Source of the DNA: Octopus vulgaris
Taxonomy: Eukaryota
NCBI GenBank assembly: GCA_951406725.2
Contig: OX597815.1
Coordinates: 163,618,001-163,682,000 of the forward strand
Reading direction: 5' to 3'
DNA length: 64,000 bases
Positions within the stretch are counted from its first letter, which is position 1, and every line of letters starts with the position of its first letter. Below are positions 25,769 through 38,022 of this stretch, in pieces. A program made the position numbers and the translations under genes. The notes beneath the pieces were generated by a model. That model was not told the DNA's origin. It did no database searches and was given only the letters and a program-made list of their open reading frames with translations.

Positions 25769-26206
25769 TCGAAGATATAATCAAAAATACTCGTTCTTGT
25801 ATAAGAAAGGAATGATAGTTGTTACGATCTGGAGTTAACAAAATAAAAAGAAGCAAATTGGTCTGACGAAATTTCGTATTTCAGTGAAAATCTTCCATAC
25901 GGCTACATGCCTTGGAGCTGTATGTAGGTATTATAATCTGAGCAACGATGGTTTTATTGTGAATGAAAAATATGTGCATTTTATCATTTAAATTCCTCTG
26001 GAGGAGGAACTGCTTTCAAACAAATATACACAGCTCCATCTTTGGAATGTAGATAACGAAAACAATGTCACATTTTAAAACTTGAGAAAAGTTTTGCATT
26101 GTTTTACTGTTCCGCATACAAATTGTATTTATAATGTGCGCAACAGTTGTTGATTCTTTTTCTGAAAACCCAATCTTGTATGTATGTATGTATGTATGTA
26201 TGTATG

Positions 26207-26238
<32 letters not shown>

Positions 26239-26434
26239 GTTAATCCAAACAAGAAAACACAAAAAAAAACACAACAACGTGAGGACGTGGAACAAATATA
26301 GTATTATTGGACGCTTAGGAAAGAAGGAAAGAAGGAGGGTTTAACGTTTCAAGCGGAGCTCTTCGTCGGAAATATAGAAGGAAAGATCCAGAGAAGGGAA
26401 GACAGGAAAAATAAATCGCCAACGGTACACACGG
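26239..26434 (-). mobile_element. Hammerhead-bearing short element (family H) inserted in (TATG)n
   Basis: The - strand reads ttt-CCGACGA-a-gagc-tcc-gctt-GAAAC-GTT-aaac and ends GGATTAAC. (TATG)n on both sides. Confidence 0.8.
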
Positions 26435-26593
26435 TATGTATGTATGTATGTATGTATGTATGTATGTATGTATGTATGTATGTATGTATGTATGTATACA
26501 TCATACACGTTAATGTTTTTTGTTTACTTATAATATGAGCAATTTTACATTAACCTAAGGAACTACTCCATACTATATTAGGAAACAAGTTTA

Positions 26594-26750
26594 TTTTAAA
26601 ACAACAATATTGCCGACAGTAACTTCGAAGCTTCGGACAGTTACTCTATCATCGGACTAAAGCCCAGATTAACTCAAATGCATCGCAGTCGGATGATGGT
26701 TTAACTAATCAAAACTTCGAAGCCATTGTCAACAATATTCTTGCTTAAAA
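26594..26750. repeat. Imperfect inverted repeat (~64-bp arms) with degenerate hammerhead-like motifs
   Basis: The - arm reads tagt-CCGATGA-...-GAAGC-ttcgaa-GTT-actg; the + arm reads cagt-CGGATGA-...-AAAAC-ttcgaa-gcc-attg. Confidence 0.6.
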
Positions 26751-26877
26751 ATAGACATATATGCATAAACATGTGTGTGTGTATACATGTGTAATTTTGT
26801 GTGTGTGTGTGTGTGTATGTGTGTGTGTGAGTGTGTGTGCTTGTGTGCTTGTTTGCTCACGTATATATATATATATA

Positions 26878-27070
26878 GTTAATCCAGATATGAACAAAGA
26901 GAAAACACAACAACGCGAGGACGTGGAACAAGTATAGTGTTATTGGACGCTCAGAAAGGAAAGAAAGAAGGAGGATTTATAGTTTCGGAGCTTTTCGTCT
27001 GAAATATAGAAAAATGGAAAAGTCCAAGGAAGGGAAGACGGAGAAAGAAAATCGCCAACGATATACATGA
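26878..27070 (-). mobile_element. Family H element, diverged copy with a partly deleted ribozyme core
   Basis: gttaatcc...acaacaacgcgaggacgtggaacaa...ttattggacgctc...aaaatcgccaacg, adjoining (TA)n. Confidence 0.75.
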
Positions 27071-27603
27071 CCGGAAGGGAATGGGTGAAGAAAGAGTTCT
27101 TTCAAAGACAGGAAAGTTCAAGAGAAGGAGGTACGTGTGTGTATGTGTGGGTATGTGCGAGCGCGCAGGTCTGCGCGCGTGTGTGTGTGTGAAATCATTG
27201 CCAATCCTTCAGCAACCTATATTCAGTTTTGGTAAAAAGAAACATGGAAGATTAAGAAATATAATTCTATGACAACCATTTCACCTTTCGAGTATTGCAA
27301 CTGAACTTCGCCTTTGAAATTATGATACTGCATAAACAAAGACGAAACCAAAGAAAAATTTCTTTTGAATATTTACCTTATTTTCCATTATAATCTTTTT
27401 AATTATATATATATAAATATATACTTTTTTCGTTTGTGCTCGGGAAAGTATAAAAAGACAAACAGGTGAGATGAAAAGCAAAAGGAAATGATGTTACGCT
27501 GCGAGTAATCTAATAAGAAGTAAAATGTGTATACAATAAGCATGTAAATCTTGAGTGTTCACGCATACGTATGGTTATATGATTGTATATGTATATGTGT
27601 ATG

Positions 27604-27645
<42 letters not shown>

Positions 27646-27781
27646 AGAAATGTCATGCATCGACTACAAAGTCCTTTGTGTTGAGGTGTGAATAACGTTG
27701 ATGGTAAAATGCTAAACACTTGTCTAACCTTGGGTGTAAACATTTGCAATGTTTACTAACTGATGGCCTTCAGAAGTAGAT

Positions 27782-27897
27782 GTACCACTACCGTGAATAC
27801 CATCGCCGCCACCACCGTCGCCACCACCGCCGCTATCATCATCACGATCATCATCATCATCATCACCACCACCAGCATCATTATCATCATCATCATC

Positions 27898-27947
<50 letters not shown>

Positions 27948-28155
27948 CACCATCACCATCATTATCATCATCTTTACAAACGCCATTATCATCATCATCA
28001 TTATCACCTTCAGCACCACCACTTCCACTACCATCACTACCACCCTCCTATTACCACCGCTGTCATCCTCTTCCTCATCCCCTTTCCACCTCCTCCTCCT
28101 CCGCCTCCTCCTCATCATCATCATTATCATCGTCATCACCACCACCACTTCCACT
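27782..28155. repeat. Compound (CAT/CAC/CCT)n trinucleotide tract
   Basis: Directly visible; several frames are open as poly-H, poly-I/T or poly-M/V. Confidence 0.93.
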
Positions 28156-28366
28156 ATCTTCCTTCTTCTGCCTCTCTCCACTCAGTAGAGTGCGAGAGAA
28201 ACAGCAGATATGAAATGGGAGAAATATCTAATGAAGGTAGGAAGTACATTTAATCTATAATTTAAACTTAATACCAGTTCTACGACGATATTAGTTGCAC
28301 AAGCCTGCTTAACGGTAGAGATCACCATAAATAAACTGGGTACTTTAAAAAATATTTTCTTAGTCG

Positions 28367-28533
28367 GGCGCAGGAGTGGCCGTGCGGTATGTAGCTTGCT
28401 TACCAACCACATGGCTCCGACTTCAGTCCCACTGCGTGACACTTTGGGCAAGTGTCTTCTACTATAGCCTCGGCCTTACAAAAACCTTGTGAGTGGATTT
28501 GGTAGACGGAAACTGAAAGAACCCTGTCGTATA
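28367..28533 (+). mobile_element. SINE family A, 5' half
   Basis: ggcgcaggagtggccgtgcggt...cagtcccactgcgtgacactttgggcaagtg...gaaactgaaagaaccctgtcgtata. Confidence 0.88.
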
Positions 28534-28540
28534 AATACAT

Positions 28541-28614
<74 letters not shown>

Positions 28615-28615
<1 letters not shown>

Positions 28616-28753
28616 TACAAATAAGAAAATGGAGGAACAGATTCATTTCAATCATCGACTTACAGATATTACCAATTCATAAATAACATGAATTGGTAAT
28701 ATCTGTAAGTCGATGATTGAAATAAATCTGTTCCTCCATTTTCTTATTTGTAT
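28615..28753. repeat. Near-perfect palindrome: 66-bp arms, 7-nt loop, one mismatch
   Basis: 28615-28680 is the reverse complement of 28688-28753 except one position; loop aaataac. Confidence 0.95.
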
Positions 28754-28943
28754 TATGAATTTGAGGTAAAATAGTTTACCTTCGCCCATCTAATACAATA
28801 AATGAATTAATTGCATTGCAATTATAAGCATTTATGTATTTGCATTTTGGGTGCTTCACCACCAGTATGTTGGATGACTGATATCCCATAGTGGGTTACA
28901 CTCATAAACCCTATCTCACTTTGTACTATATATATATATATAT

Positions 28944-29007
<64 letters not shown>

Positions 29008-29010
<3 letters not shown>

Positions 29011-29243
29011 AAATACAGTGTACATTTAAACACTTAATGGTTGCACTCGTGGAATTCATCACGCTAGAAAGAACAGCTAGGTTCCATAACCACAAAACTA
29101 GATGGTAAAAGTTTTAATTTTTCATTTCGTTTCTTTCGGGATTTTATCCCTAATTTTGGGGTTATGGAACTTAGCTGTTCTTTCTAGCGGGATGAATCCC
29201 ACGAGTGAATTCCTTATGTGTTTAAATGAACACTGTATTTTAT
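29008..29243. repeat. Imperfect inverted repeat (~94-bp arms, 48-nt spacer)
   Basis: ataaaatacagtgtacatttaaacac...cgctagaaagaacagctaggttccataacc is the reverse complement of 29150-29243. Confidence 0.88.
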
Positions 29244-29388
29244 GAGTGATACATAGTCTTTGGACTAAATTTTTACACTTTAGGCCACTGGAAGTGAAAA
29301 TTTCTATTAATTTCCACTTCCCTTTGATATGATTCAGTATTATATATAAGAATCTGTAGTGGCTAGCGATCTATCATGGCGAATATCA

Positions 29389-29608
29389 TGTGTGTGTGTG
29401 TGTGGCTGTCTGTGCTTGTCGCCCCCACCGTTGACAAACAGTCTTGGTTTGTGTACGTCGCCATAAGCTAGTGGTTCGGCAAAAAGGGGCCGATAGAGTA
29501 AGTATCAGGCTTACAAAATTAATAAGTACTGGCGTCAATTCATTCGACTAAAAAATTCTTCAAGTCAGTGCTCCAGCATGGCCACAGTCTAATGACTGAA
29601 ACAAGTAA
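29389..29608 (+). mobile_element. SINE family A, 3' half
   Basis: ttgacaa...ggttcggcaaaa...gtgctccagcatggccacagtctaatgactgaaacaagtaa. Confidence 0.82.
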
Positions 29609-29730
29609 CAGCAGCAACTTCATTATAAGCGTCGAAATATTTGGATGCAGACTTCATCAAGTCATCCTTGGGAACCCAAAACAGGCAGTGTGTCTCGACT
29701 AGTCATTTCACTCGCAAGAATAATTAATCA

Positions 29731-30209
29731 ATTAATGCACCCTTTTAAAGCCTAGCCAGGCTCATGGGCCCAGTTTCCCGGTTTCTATGGCGTATGTGTT
29801 CCCCAGCTGGACGGAACGCCGGTCCATCTCAGCGTTACTCATTATTGCCAGCTGAGTGGACTGGAGCAACTTGAAATGAAGTGTTTTGCTCAAGAACACA
29901 ACGCGCTGCCTGGTTCAGGAATCGAAACCACAATCTTACGATCATGGGGCTGACACCTTAACCTATTTCTTTATTACCCACAAGGGGCTAAATATAGAGG
30001 GAACAAACAAGGAGAGACATAGGTATTAAGTCGATTACATCGACCCCAGTGCGTAACTGGTACTTTAATTTATCGACCCCGAAAGGATGAAAGGCAAAGT
30101 CGACCTCGGCGGAATTTGAACTCAGAACGTAACAGCAGAAATACCGCAAAGCATTTCGCCCGGCGTGCTAACGTTTCTGACAACTTAACCACTAAGCTAC
30201 GCGCCTCCA
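29731..30209 (-). mobile_element. SINE family C interrupted by a nested SINE family B (29964-30179)
   Basis: The C body (29731-29963) and C head (30177-30209) are separated by a B copy flanked by the 14-bp direct repeat ctgaca(c/a)cttaacc. Confidence 0.88.
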
Positions 30210-30319
30210 TACTCTCAAGAATAATTGACCAAAATTCAGTCGAAACAAAACTGTATGTCACAGCAAAAAATAGAGGAACACGTTGAATTACGTAACATCA
30301 TTGCTGATATGCTCACATT

Positions 30320-30935
30320 TTAATCATCATCATTGTTATTTCCGCATTTTTGTTAGCGGCAACGGCAGATTTCTCATCATCTTCGTCACTGTCGACGTTA
30401 TCATCATCACTACCACCATGATGACATTGATGACGATCATCATGATGACGATCATGATGATGATCATCATCCTCATCCTCACCAACACCCCACCCACCAT
30501 CACCACCATCGCTATCATTACATCATTGTAATCATCATTGTCGTTGTCGTCGTCAATATGATCATGATCACCGTCATCCGCATCGTCGTCATCATCATCA
30601 TCGTCATCGTCATTTTAATCATTATCATTATCATCATAGTTGACATCATCATCACTACCACCACCACCATCGTCATCATCATCGACACCCCATCGACTAT
30701 CACCTCCATCGCTATAATCATCATAATCATAATCATCATCATCATCATCCTCATCATCATCATCGTCATCGCCATTTTTATCATCATAATCATCGTCGTC
30801 GTCATCGTTGACACCATCATCACTACCACCACCACCATCATCATCATCACCCCATCGACTGTCACTCCATCGCTATAATCATCATAATCATAATCGTCAT
30901 CATCATCATCATCATCATCAACAACAAAAACAACA
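30320..30935. repeat. Compound (ATC/ACC/GTC)n tract with an internal higher-order duplication
   Basis: gttgaca.catcatcactaccaccacc...caccccatcgact.tcac.tccatcgctataatcatcataatcataatc occurs twice (~30639-30735 and ~30807-30896). Confidence 0.88.
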
Positions 30936-31243
30936 GCAACATTCGGTTTCCTCTGTGCTAACAAAAACCGATGAGGTTATGCAAACCCGACCTGCCTCCT
31001 GTTGCCTCGCCTAACGTCAGTGTGCGTCACATATCAACTAGCGATGTTCAACATTACAACATCTCAAACAAATAGACGGATACATGACTTCCGGCTGTTT
31101 TATTTATTCTCTAATTCATTCTATATTGTAGTATTGGGTATTTGCGTGTTGTTTTCGTAATATTTGCTCTAGACAACCGTCTCTTCATCACGAATATAGA
31201 CACGCAGTCTCTTTTTCTTCATAGGTGATCATACATGCATACC

Positions 31244-31288
<45 letters not shown>

Positions 31289-31655
31289 TTGTATATCATG
31301 CATATACATAGATACATACATATATATGTATAGTGTTGTATATGATTATATGTATATATGTGTGCATTTTAGTATATACTTAGTATGTATATATAATTTT
31401 CTCTATTTCTTCAAATACATTCGCAAACACACACTAACACATACTAAAACTAAAATACACACTAACGCACAAGCGCTCACAGCATCACTGCATGTATATA
31501 TGTATATATACATATATATAATATATATGTATGTATATATATGTATGTATGTATATGTATGTATGTATGTATGTATATATATATGTATGTATGTATATGT
31601 ATGTTTGTAGGTATATATAATATATATATATGGGTATATATACATACACACACAC

Positions 31656-31750
<95 letters not shown>

Positions 31751-33422
31751 GAGAGAATGAGACAGACAGACAGACAGAGAAAGTGACGGGATATAAATGC
31801 AGAAATAATGCGGAGCACGTGCAGTATTGCAACTTACAGCAAAAACAAGCGAATACGTAAACATGAGCGGAAATAATGAGTGTCCTCATAGAGAGAAAAT
31901 GTCGATAACCAAATCCCTCTTGACGATCGCTTTTAAATTGTTATGAACTAAAGAGGCTTTAAATAACGAGAATTTACTAAAGAAAGAAAGATTAGATAAC
32001 CACAGGAAAGCTAAATGCTTTACCAGACAATACTATAGTATTCGGTGTTTATTACAGTAACAAATTCTGAGATGCAGTAGATGAAACGCTCAATGAAAGC
32101 GCACAAAACACAAACGAAATACAACCAAGTTATAAAATGGATCAATATGACATTAAACAAGAAAATTTCAGCAAAGATGCGTGAGAGTAGTCTTCGACGT
32201 GGTATGCCGACCATCATGCAACTTGTGTTTTATTCTTCTCTTCTGTTTTATTTTGGCATGCGCATTGCGTTTTTATTCTTCGCTTCCGTTTTACGAATTC
32301 TATGCGCACGTTCGCATCGCGTATTCATACATCTTTTTCCAGTTCTGACTTCAAAAAGTGTTTATAGATCACAACTATCTCACGAACCTGCGTTCGTGAG
32401 GAGCGCTTCACACTCCGATGATTGTGAAAAGAGGTCCTTGAAATAAAGCATAACATGTTTCTTTGTCTTATGTTTTATGAGTTTACTAGTTTCCGTCACT
32501 GACTGCGGCCATGCTAGGACAATACTTTGAAGGGTTCGGCTAAACGAATCGACCGCCAGTGCTTGAATTTTTTGAAGTCACGTACCAATACTATTGATCT
32601 CTTTTTTGTCGAACCACTACGTCATGGGTACATGAGCAAACTAACTTTGGTTGTCAAATGGTGATAGACAATCATAGACGCTAAGACAAACACCGGTTTA
32701 ATAATAGGTGTGGGGAAACATAGACACTAAGACAAAGGAGCGTGCATGCGTGTGCATAGACAAACATACATACATACATGCATGCATACATACATATGTA
32801 TATATATCCTATTGCGAACACACTCTCTTTCAGATAGCAGGTTTTACATCGGTTTATATTATTGTATCATATGCTCTACCTTGTATATGCGTAAGTATAC
32901 GTATAAAATTCATATGGGAAGAATGCTAGCAAGACATGTAACATGAATAAAGCTCGCACGTCAATAACAGAAAACGTAGGCCTATAAGATGAAACGCAAT
33001 TATGTTTAGAAAACGTGCGTTTAGAAAGCAATGAAAAATTACTACCTAACTACTGCCAATAAATTTTATATAATATATATGCGAGTGTGTGTGTGTGTGT
33101 GCACTACGATGGATATTTTGATATCTTTAATATTTATTACTAAACACAATACCATCGTAAATACAGTTATCCTATTTACGTTTCTGTGTAGTGAAAAATT
33201 GAACCCTTCTCATTCACAGTACTGTCACCCTTTTGATGCAAACCGAACCAAAGAAGTATATTCTTAGTTTATAAAGAACATGCAATTATTTAGTTAAATA
33301 TTATTACACACAAAATGAAAGTGAAGCGATTGAAGCTGATATGTAATTATATAATTGCAATCTAATGTCAGTATTAGTTATATTAAAGCAGTAGGCATAC
33401 ATTCACAAATGTGCCCTGATAT

Positions 33423-33816
33423 ACTCTTTACTTTTTACTTGCTTCAGTCATTTGACTGCGGCCATACAGAACTTATTCTTTGTACTTATTCTTTGTAAAC
33501 CTAGTATTTATTATATCGGTCGCTTATGCCGAACCGAACCGCTAAGTTACGGGGACGTAAACACATCAGCGTCGGTGGTCAAGCGATGTTGGGAGTACAA
33601 ACACAGACACACAAACATAAACACACACATACATATATATGTATACATATATACGACGGGTTTCTTTCAGTTTACGTCTACCAAATCCACTCACAAGGCA
33701 TTGGTCGGCCCGAGTCTATAGTAGAAGACACTTGCCCAAGGTACCACGTAGTGGGAGTGAACTCGGAACCATGTGGTTGGTAAGCAAGCTACTTACCACA
33801 CAGCCACTCCTACGCC
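33423..33816 (-). mobile_element. Near full-length SINE family A
   Basis: Reverse complement is colinear with 20208-20600, with a deletion near the tail. Confidence 0.9.
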
Positions 33817-34433
33817 TATATGTGTGTGATAGCGCGTGTGTATGATAGCATGTGTGTGTGGAAGTAACTGTGTGTTTGTGCGTGTGGTGGTGGAGCCATG
33901 TGTGTATGTGTGATACCGTATGTGTGTAAGGTAGCGTGTGTGTGTATGTGTCGGTAAATAGTTAATGGCACACATTGCATCTGTTTCCTTTTGTTTTTTG
34001 CGAATTCTGATATATTGGAAATCTATATCATTTGACTCATATTTGTAGAAAATTTCAATGAAAAATATTCATTCTTCTGAAAGCTATCAAGATACAAACA
34101 CGGTGGAGCACATAAGCCGCTCAGTGTATATCACTGCACATGCATTATGGGAATTCCATAGTAAACCCGTATCATTTTATATACGTATATATAATTAAGG
34201 TGCAGGAATGGCGTACTTCGAATGAATAAGGTGATATAATCCGATGGTAGAAAGAATTCTGCGAATTAAGTACTCCATAGCCAGTCGGAAGAATGGCAGG
34301 TATCTGTGTGTATGTGTGGTGTGTGCGCATGTGTGTGCGCGTGTGTGTGTGTGATAGTGCGTGTGTGCACGGTAGTATGTGTGTGTGTGGAAGTAACTGT
34401 GTGCGTGAGATGATACCGTGTGTGTGTGTGTAT

Positions 34434-34672
34434 AGTTAATAAAAATAGTTAATAAAATAAAACGGAGAAAAAACGACAAAGAAAAAATAACTACGTGAGT
34501 ATGTGCTACATGCAAAGTATTAATAAGACACTCAGAGAAGGAAAGAAAGAGTGGTTGTCTTACATTTCGTGCAAAACCCTCTTCGGAAACAGGAGACATA
34601 GGAAAGTCCAAAAGGAAAAGGAAGATGTGAGGAAAAAAATCGCCAGCAGTTCACGTGTAGTTACATTTTGGA
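34434..34672 (-). mobile_element. Family H-related element with a hammerhead-like motif
   Basis: The - strand reads gttt-CCGAAGA-gggttttgcac-GAAAT-GTA-agac and shares caaaatgt.ac..cgtg...tggcgattttttcctc with 36788-36990. Confidence 0.65.
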
Positions 34673-34900
34673 ATGACCTGACAAAGAGATAGACAAAAAG
34701 AAAGTGCTTTCTGGGACAGGAGTGTGAAGAATGGTAGGTGTCTGTGTGTATGTGTGTGTGTGTGCGTGTGTGTGTGTACGGTAGCGTGTGTGTCTGTGCG
34801 TGCTGGTGGAGGCATGTGTGTAAGGTAGCGTGTCTGTGCGTGTGTGGTAGTAACTGAGTGCGTGCGTCTGTGCGCGGTAGCGAATGTGCGTATGATGGTA

Positions 34901-34938
<38 letters not shown>

Positions 34939-35268
34939 TGTGGGTGTGTGTGTGTAGTGTGTGTGGTATGAACTCCTTACATGTGTTTATATTAGGGATC
35001 TGTGTGTGTCTGTTAATGCCGTAGTGAGGGGTCAGCAGCTATGGTGACAGATGTATGTATGGGTGTTTTTGTAGATGGAATGGTCAGTAGTACTCGCGAC
35101 AGTAGAAGGGTGTTTGAGAGGTAGTCTGAAGAATTTGTGAATGGGTTGGTGTGGATATGTGTGGATGTGTGTCTGTTAGCATGTGTACGGAGACGGAGTA
35201 GGAATGTGTGTATGTGTGGGTGCGTGTAGGTGTTCCACACTCTCTGTGTCACTGTTTGTCTGTCTGTC

Positions 35269-35345
<77 letters not shown>

Positions 35346-35495
35346 ATGTACGTGTGTGTGTTTGTGTGTGCGTGTATGTACGTGTGTATATGTATGTGTG
35401 TATGTATGTGCGTTTATGTACATGTGTGTATACATACACATATATATATATACATATGTATAAATATATATACATATATATATATTTTTTACCTA

Positions 35496-35527
<32 letters not shown>

Positions 35528-36787
35528 ATGTATGTATGTATATGCATATATATATATATCAATACAAAATATGATACAATAAGATATGATACATACATAG
35601 GTAAAATACAGACATGCATATACATAAGTATGTATGTATGTATGTATAAACATACATAGATATATGTACATTTGTGTGTGTGTATGTGTGCGTGTATGTG
35701 TGCGCGCACGCAGTTGCTGCATCTACAGAACAACGCAGCAAAGTTATTATGTTTGTATTTTAACTAGACGAATATGACAATTTTTTTTTCGTTATTTTTC
35801 ATCTTAATAAAATTTTCTCTTTCTTGTTAATATATATTTTTTTTTAGCATTCATTGTTATCTATTTATTCATTTATTTATTTTGTATGTGAATGTACTTG
35901 TTTCGGTGAGCGTACGTCTCACAGTTTTGCAAAGCTATTAATAATTTTTTTTTTCCATTTGTGGGAAAAAATATAGTTATATCGTTTCGTTTCTATAGCT
36001 TTCATTTTCAAATGTTATTTCTCCAATTAAAACGCGTTCAAGAATTAGACGCATGTATCTTTTTGTCTGCTTTTTCGTTACTGTAGTTGTTATCTTGCTT
36101 CATATTTTCTTCGCAGTAAAGCGTTTTTCAATACGGTGAAACTATTTCGTATTTCAACAAGAGCGATATATATATATTTATATATATATCGATATTATAA
36201 CACCTCTTCAGTTTTTCTTTCATTTATGACGACCTGGAAAACTCTTTCGGTTTGCAATTTTCTGGTATCATGTTGACGAGAGCGTTTTTCATTCGGATGC
36301 TCTTGTAATACATTGTAACTAATAGTTCATGGTTAGATGTGATGATGCTGTGTAGTTAAGAGGTGCGCTTTGCAACCATGTTGCTTCAGTTTCTGTCCTA
36401 CCGCACGGCACATTGTATATGTGTCTTCTACGATGGCTCCAGACCGACCAATACCTTTGAGTAATTTTAGTAGACAGAAACTGAGTGGAAGTCCGTTCAC
36501 GACCGGTGCTGGATAATTTTTTGTTCAATGTTGATATTTTGTGATTTTTAATACTATCTAGCTGCATGAAATGCATTCTCAAACCGAATACCGCAGTTTT
36601 ATGACGTCATTAAAGTATCTCCGCGTTTAGCTTGACATACATACGTACATACATACATATATACATACATACTCTCTAAGCTTATTGAGTGCTAATCTAC
36701 TTGTATGTGAATGGCTGGGTGTGGATATTGTAGATAATTAAATACATATACATATGCATGTGTATATATATATATATATATATATAT

Positions 36788-36990
36788 TCAAAATGTGACC
36801 GCGTGTGTACCGTTGGCGATTTTTTCCTCCGTCTTCTCTGGATCTTTCCTTCTCTTATGTTTCCGACGAAGACCTCCGCTCGAAACGTTAAACCCTCCTT
36901 CTTTCCTTCTTTCCCGAGCGTCCAATAATACTATATTTGTTCCACGTCCTCGCGTTGTTGTGTTTTTTGTGCTTTCTTGTTTGGATTAAC
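36788..36990 (+). mobile_element. Hammerhead-bearing short element (family H) inserted in (TA)n
   Basis: gttt-CCGACGA-a-gacc-tcc-gctc-GAAAC-GTT-aaac at 36859-36893; ends GGATTAAC; (TA)n on both sides. Confidence 0.8.
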
Positions 36991-37620
36991 TATATATATA
37001 TATATATACATACATGCATATATATATATATATAAAATGTACACATATTATGTATGTGTGTGCGTGTGTGTGTGTTTGTGTATGCATATATGTCTATAAT
37101 ACCATATATGAAACAACAGCTAAAAGAGAGCTGATTTAAGTACCAGTTGCGTCGATCTAATCGGCTGGTTCCCTCACACAAAATGAGTCACGTGCTGTGG
37201 TTCAGTGCTTCAAACTTTTAAGGATGAAAACGTTTCACCTGTTTAAGAATATTATTTATGTTGGTAACACCGAAAAGAAAAACTGAAATCAGTAATATTC
37301 CCAGTTATCGAACATGTAAAATACAAGCCGCACACATCCCGTTATGCGTGCGCGCGCACTCACACACACACACATACATAAGTATATGTATTTTAGCGTC
37401 TGAAATATATATTATAGATAGTAGAGAAATGAAAATCTTCGATTAGCTGATATTATTTTGCAATTAATAGACAACTAGCACATCCAGAAGCGTTTAAGAT
37501 ATAAAAAAAAAATAGACAATAGTCAGGGGAGTTAACTAGACTAAACCCAGTTCATCGAAATTTTTTGAATATTTGGCAAAATATGTAAAATGCTGATTGA
37601 TGTAGATTAGATCTATAAAG

Positions 37621-37968
37621 CCAGCCGGGTGAAATGCTCAGCGGTATTTCGTCTGCCGTTACGTTCTGAGTTCAAATTCCGCCGAGATCGACTTTGCCTT
37701 TCATCCTTTCGGGGTCGATTAAATAAGTACCAGTTACACACTGGAGTCGATGTAATCGACTTAATCCGTTTGTCTATCCTTGTTTGTCCCCTCTGTGGGT
37801 AGTAAAGAAATAGGTATTTCATCTGTCTTTACGTTCTGAGTTCAAATTCCGCCAAAGTTGACTTTGCCTTTCCTCCTTTCGGGATCGATAAATTAAGTAC
37901 CAATTTTGTCGATTTAATCGGCCTATCCCCTCCCCCAAAATTTCGAGCCTTGTGCCTAGAGTAGAAAA
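37621..37968 (+). mobile_element. Dimeric SINE family B
   Basis: Two B bodies joined at aaagaaatag|gtatttcatctgtc, with the same diagnostic variants as 15600-15700. Confidence 0.87.
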
Positions 37969-38022
37969 GGATATATTACGGTCCTAATAGACTTAATTAG
38001 CAAAGCATACTGGCAAGGCAAA

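Noticed and set aside
27756-28253. Poly-His ORF suggesting a metal-binding or structural protein
   Set aside because: It is a (CAT/CAC)n tract open on both strands, the duplicate copy is frameshifted relative to it, and there is no signal peptide or splice support.
30283-31014. Ile/Thr- and Met/Val-rich hydrophobic ORFs
   Set aside because: Trinucleotide repeat translations.
32081-32446. 121-aa non-repetitive ORF
   Set aside because: No recognisable domain, and the frame is broken in the duplicate copy (54152-54519).
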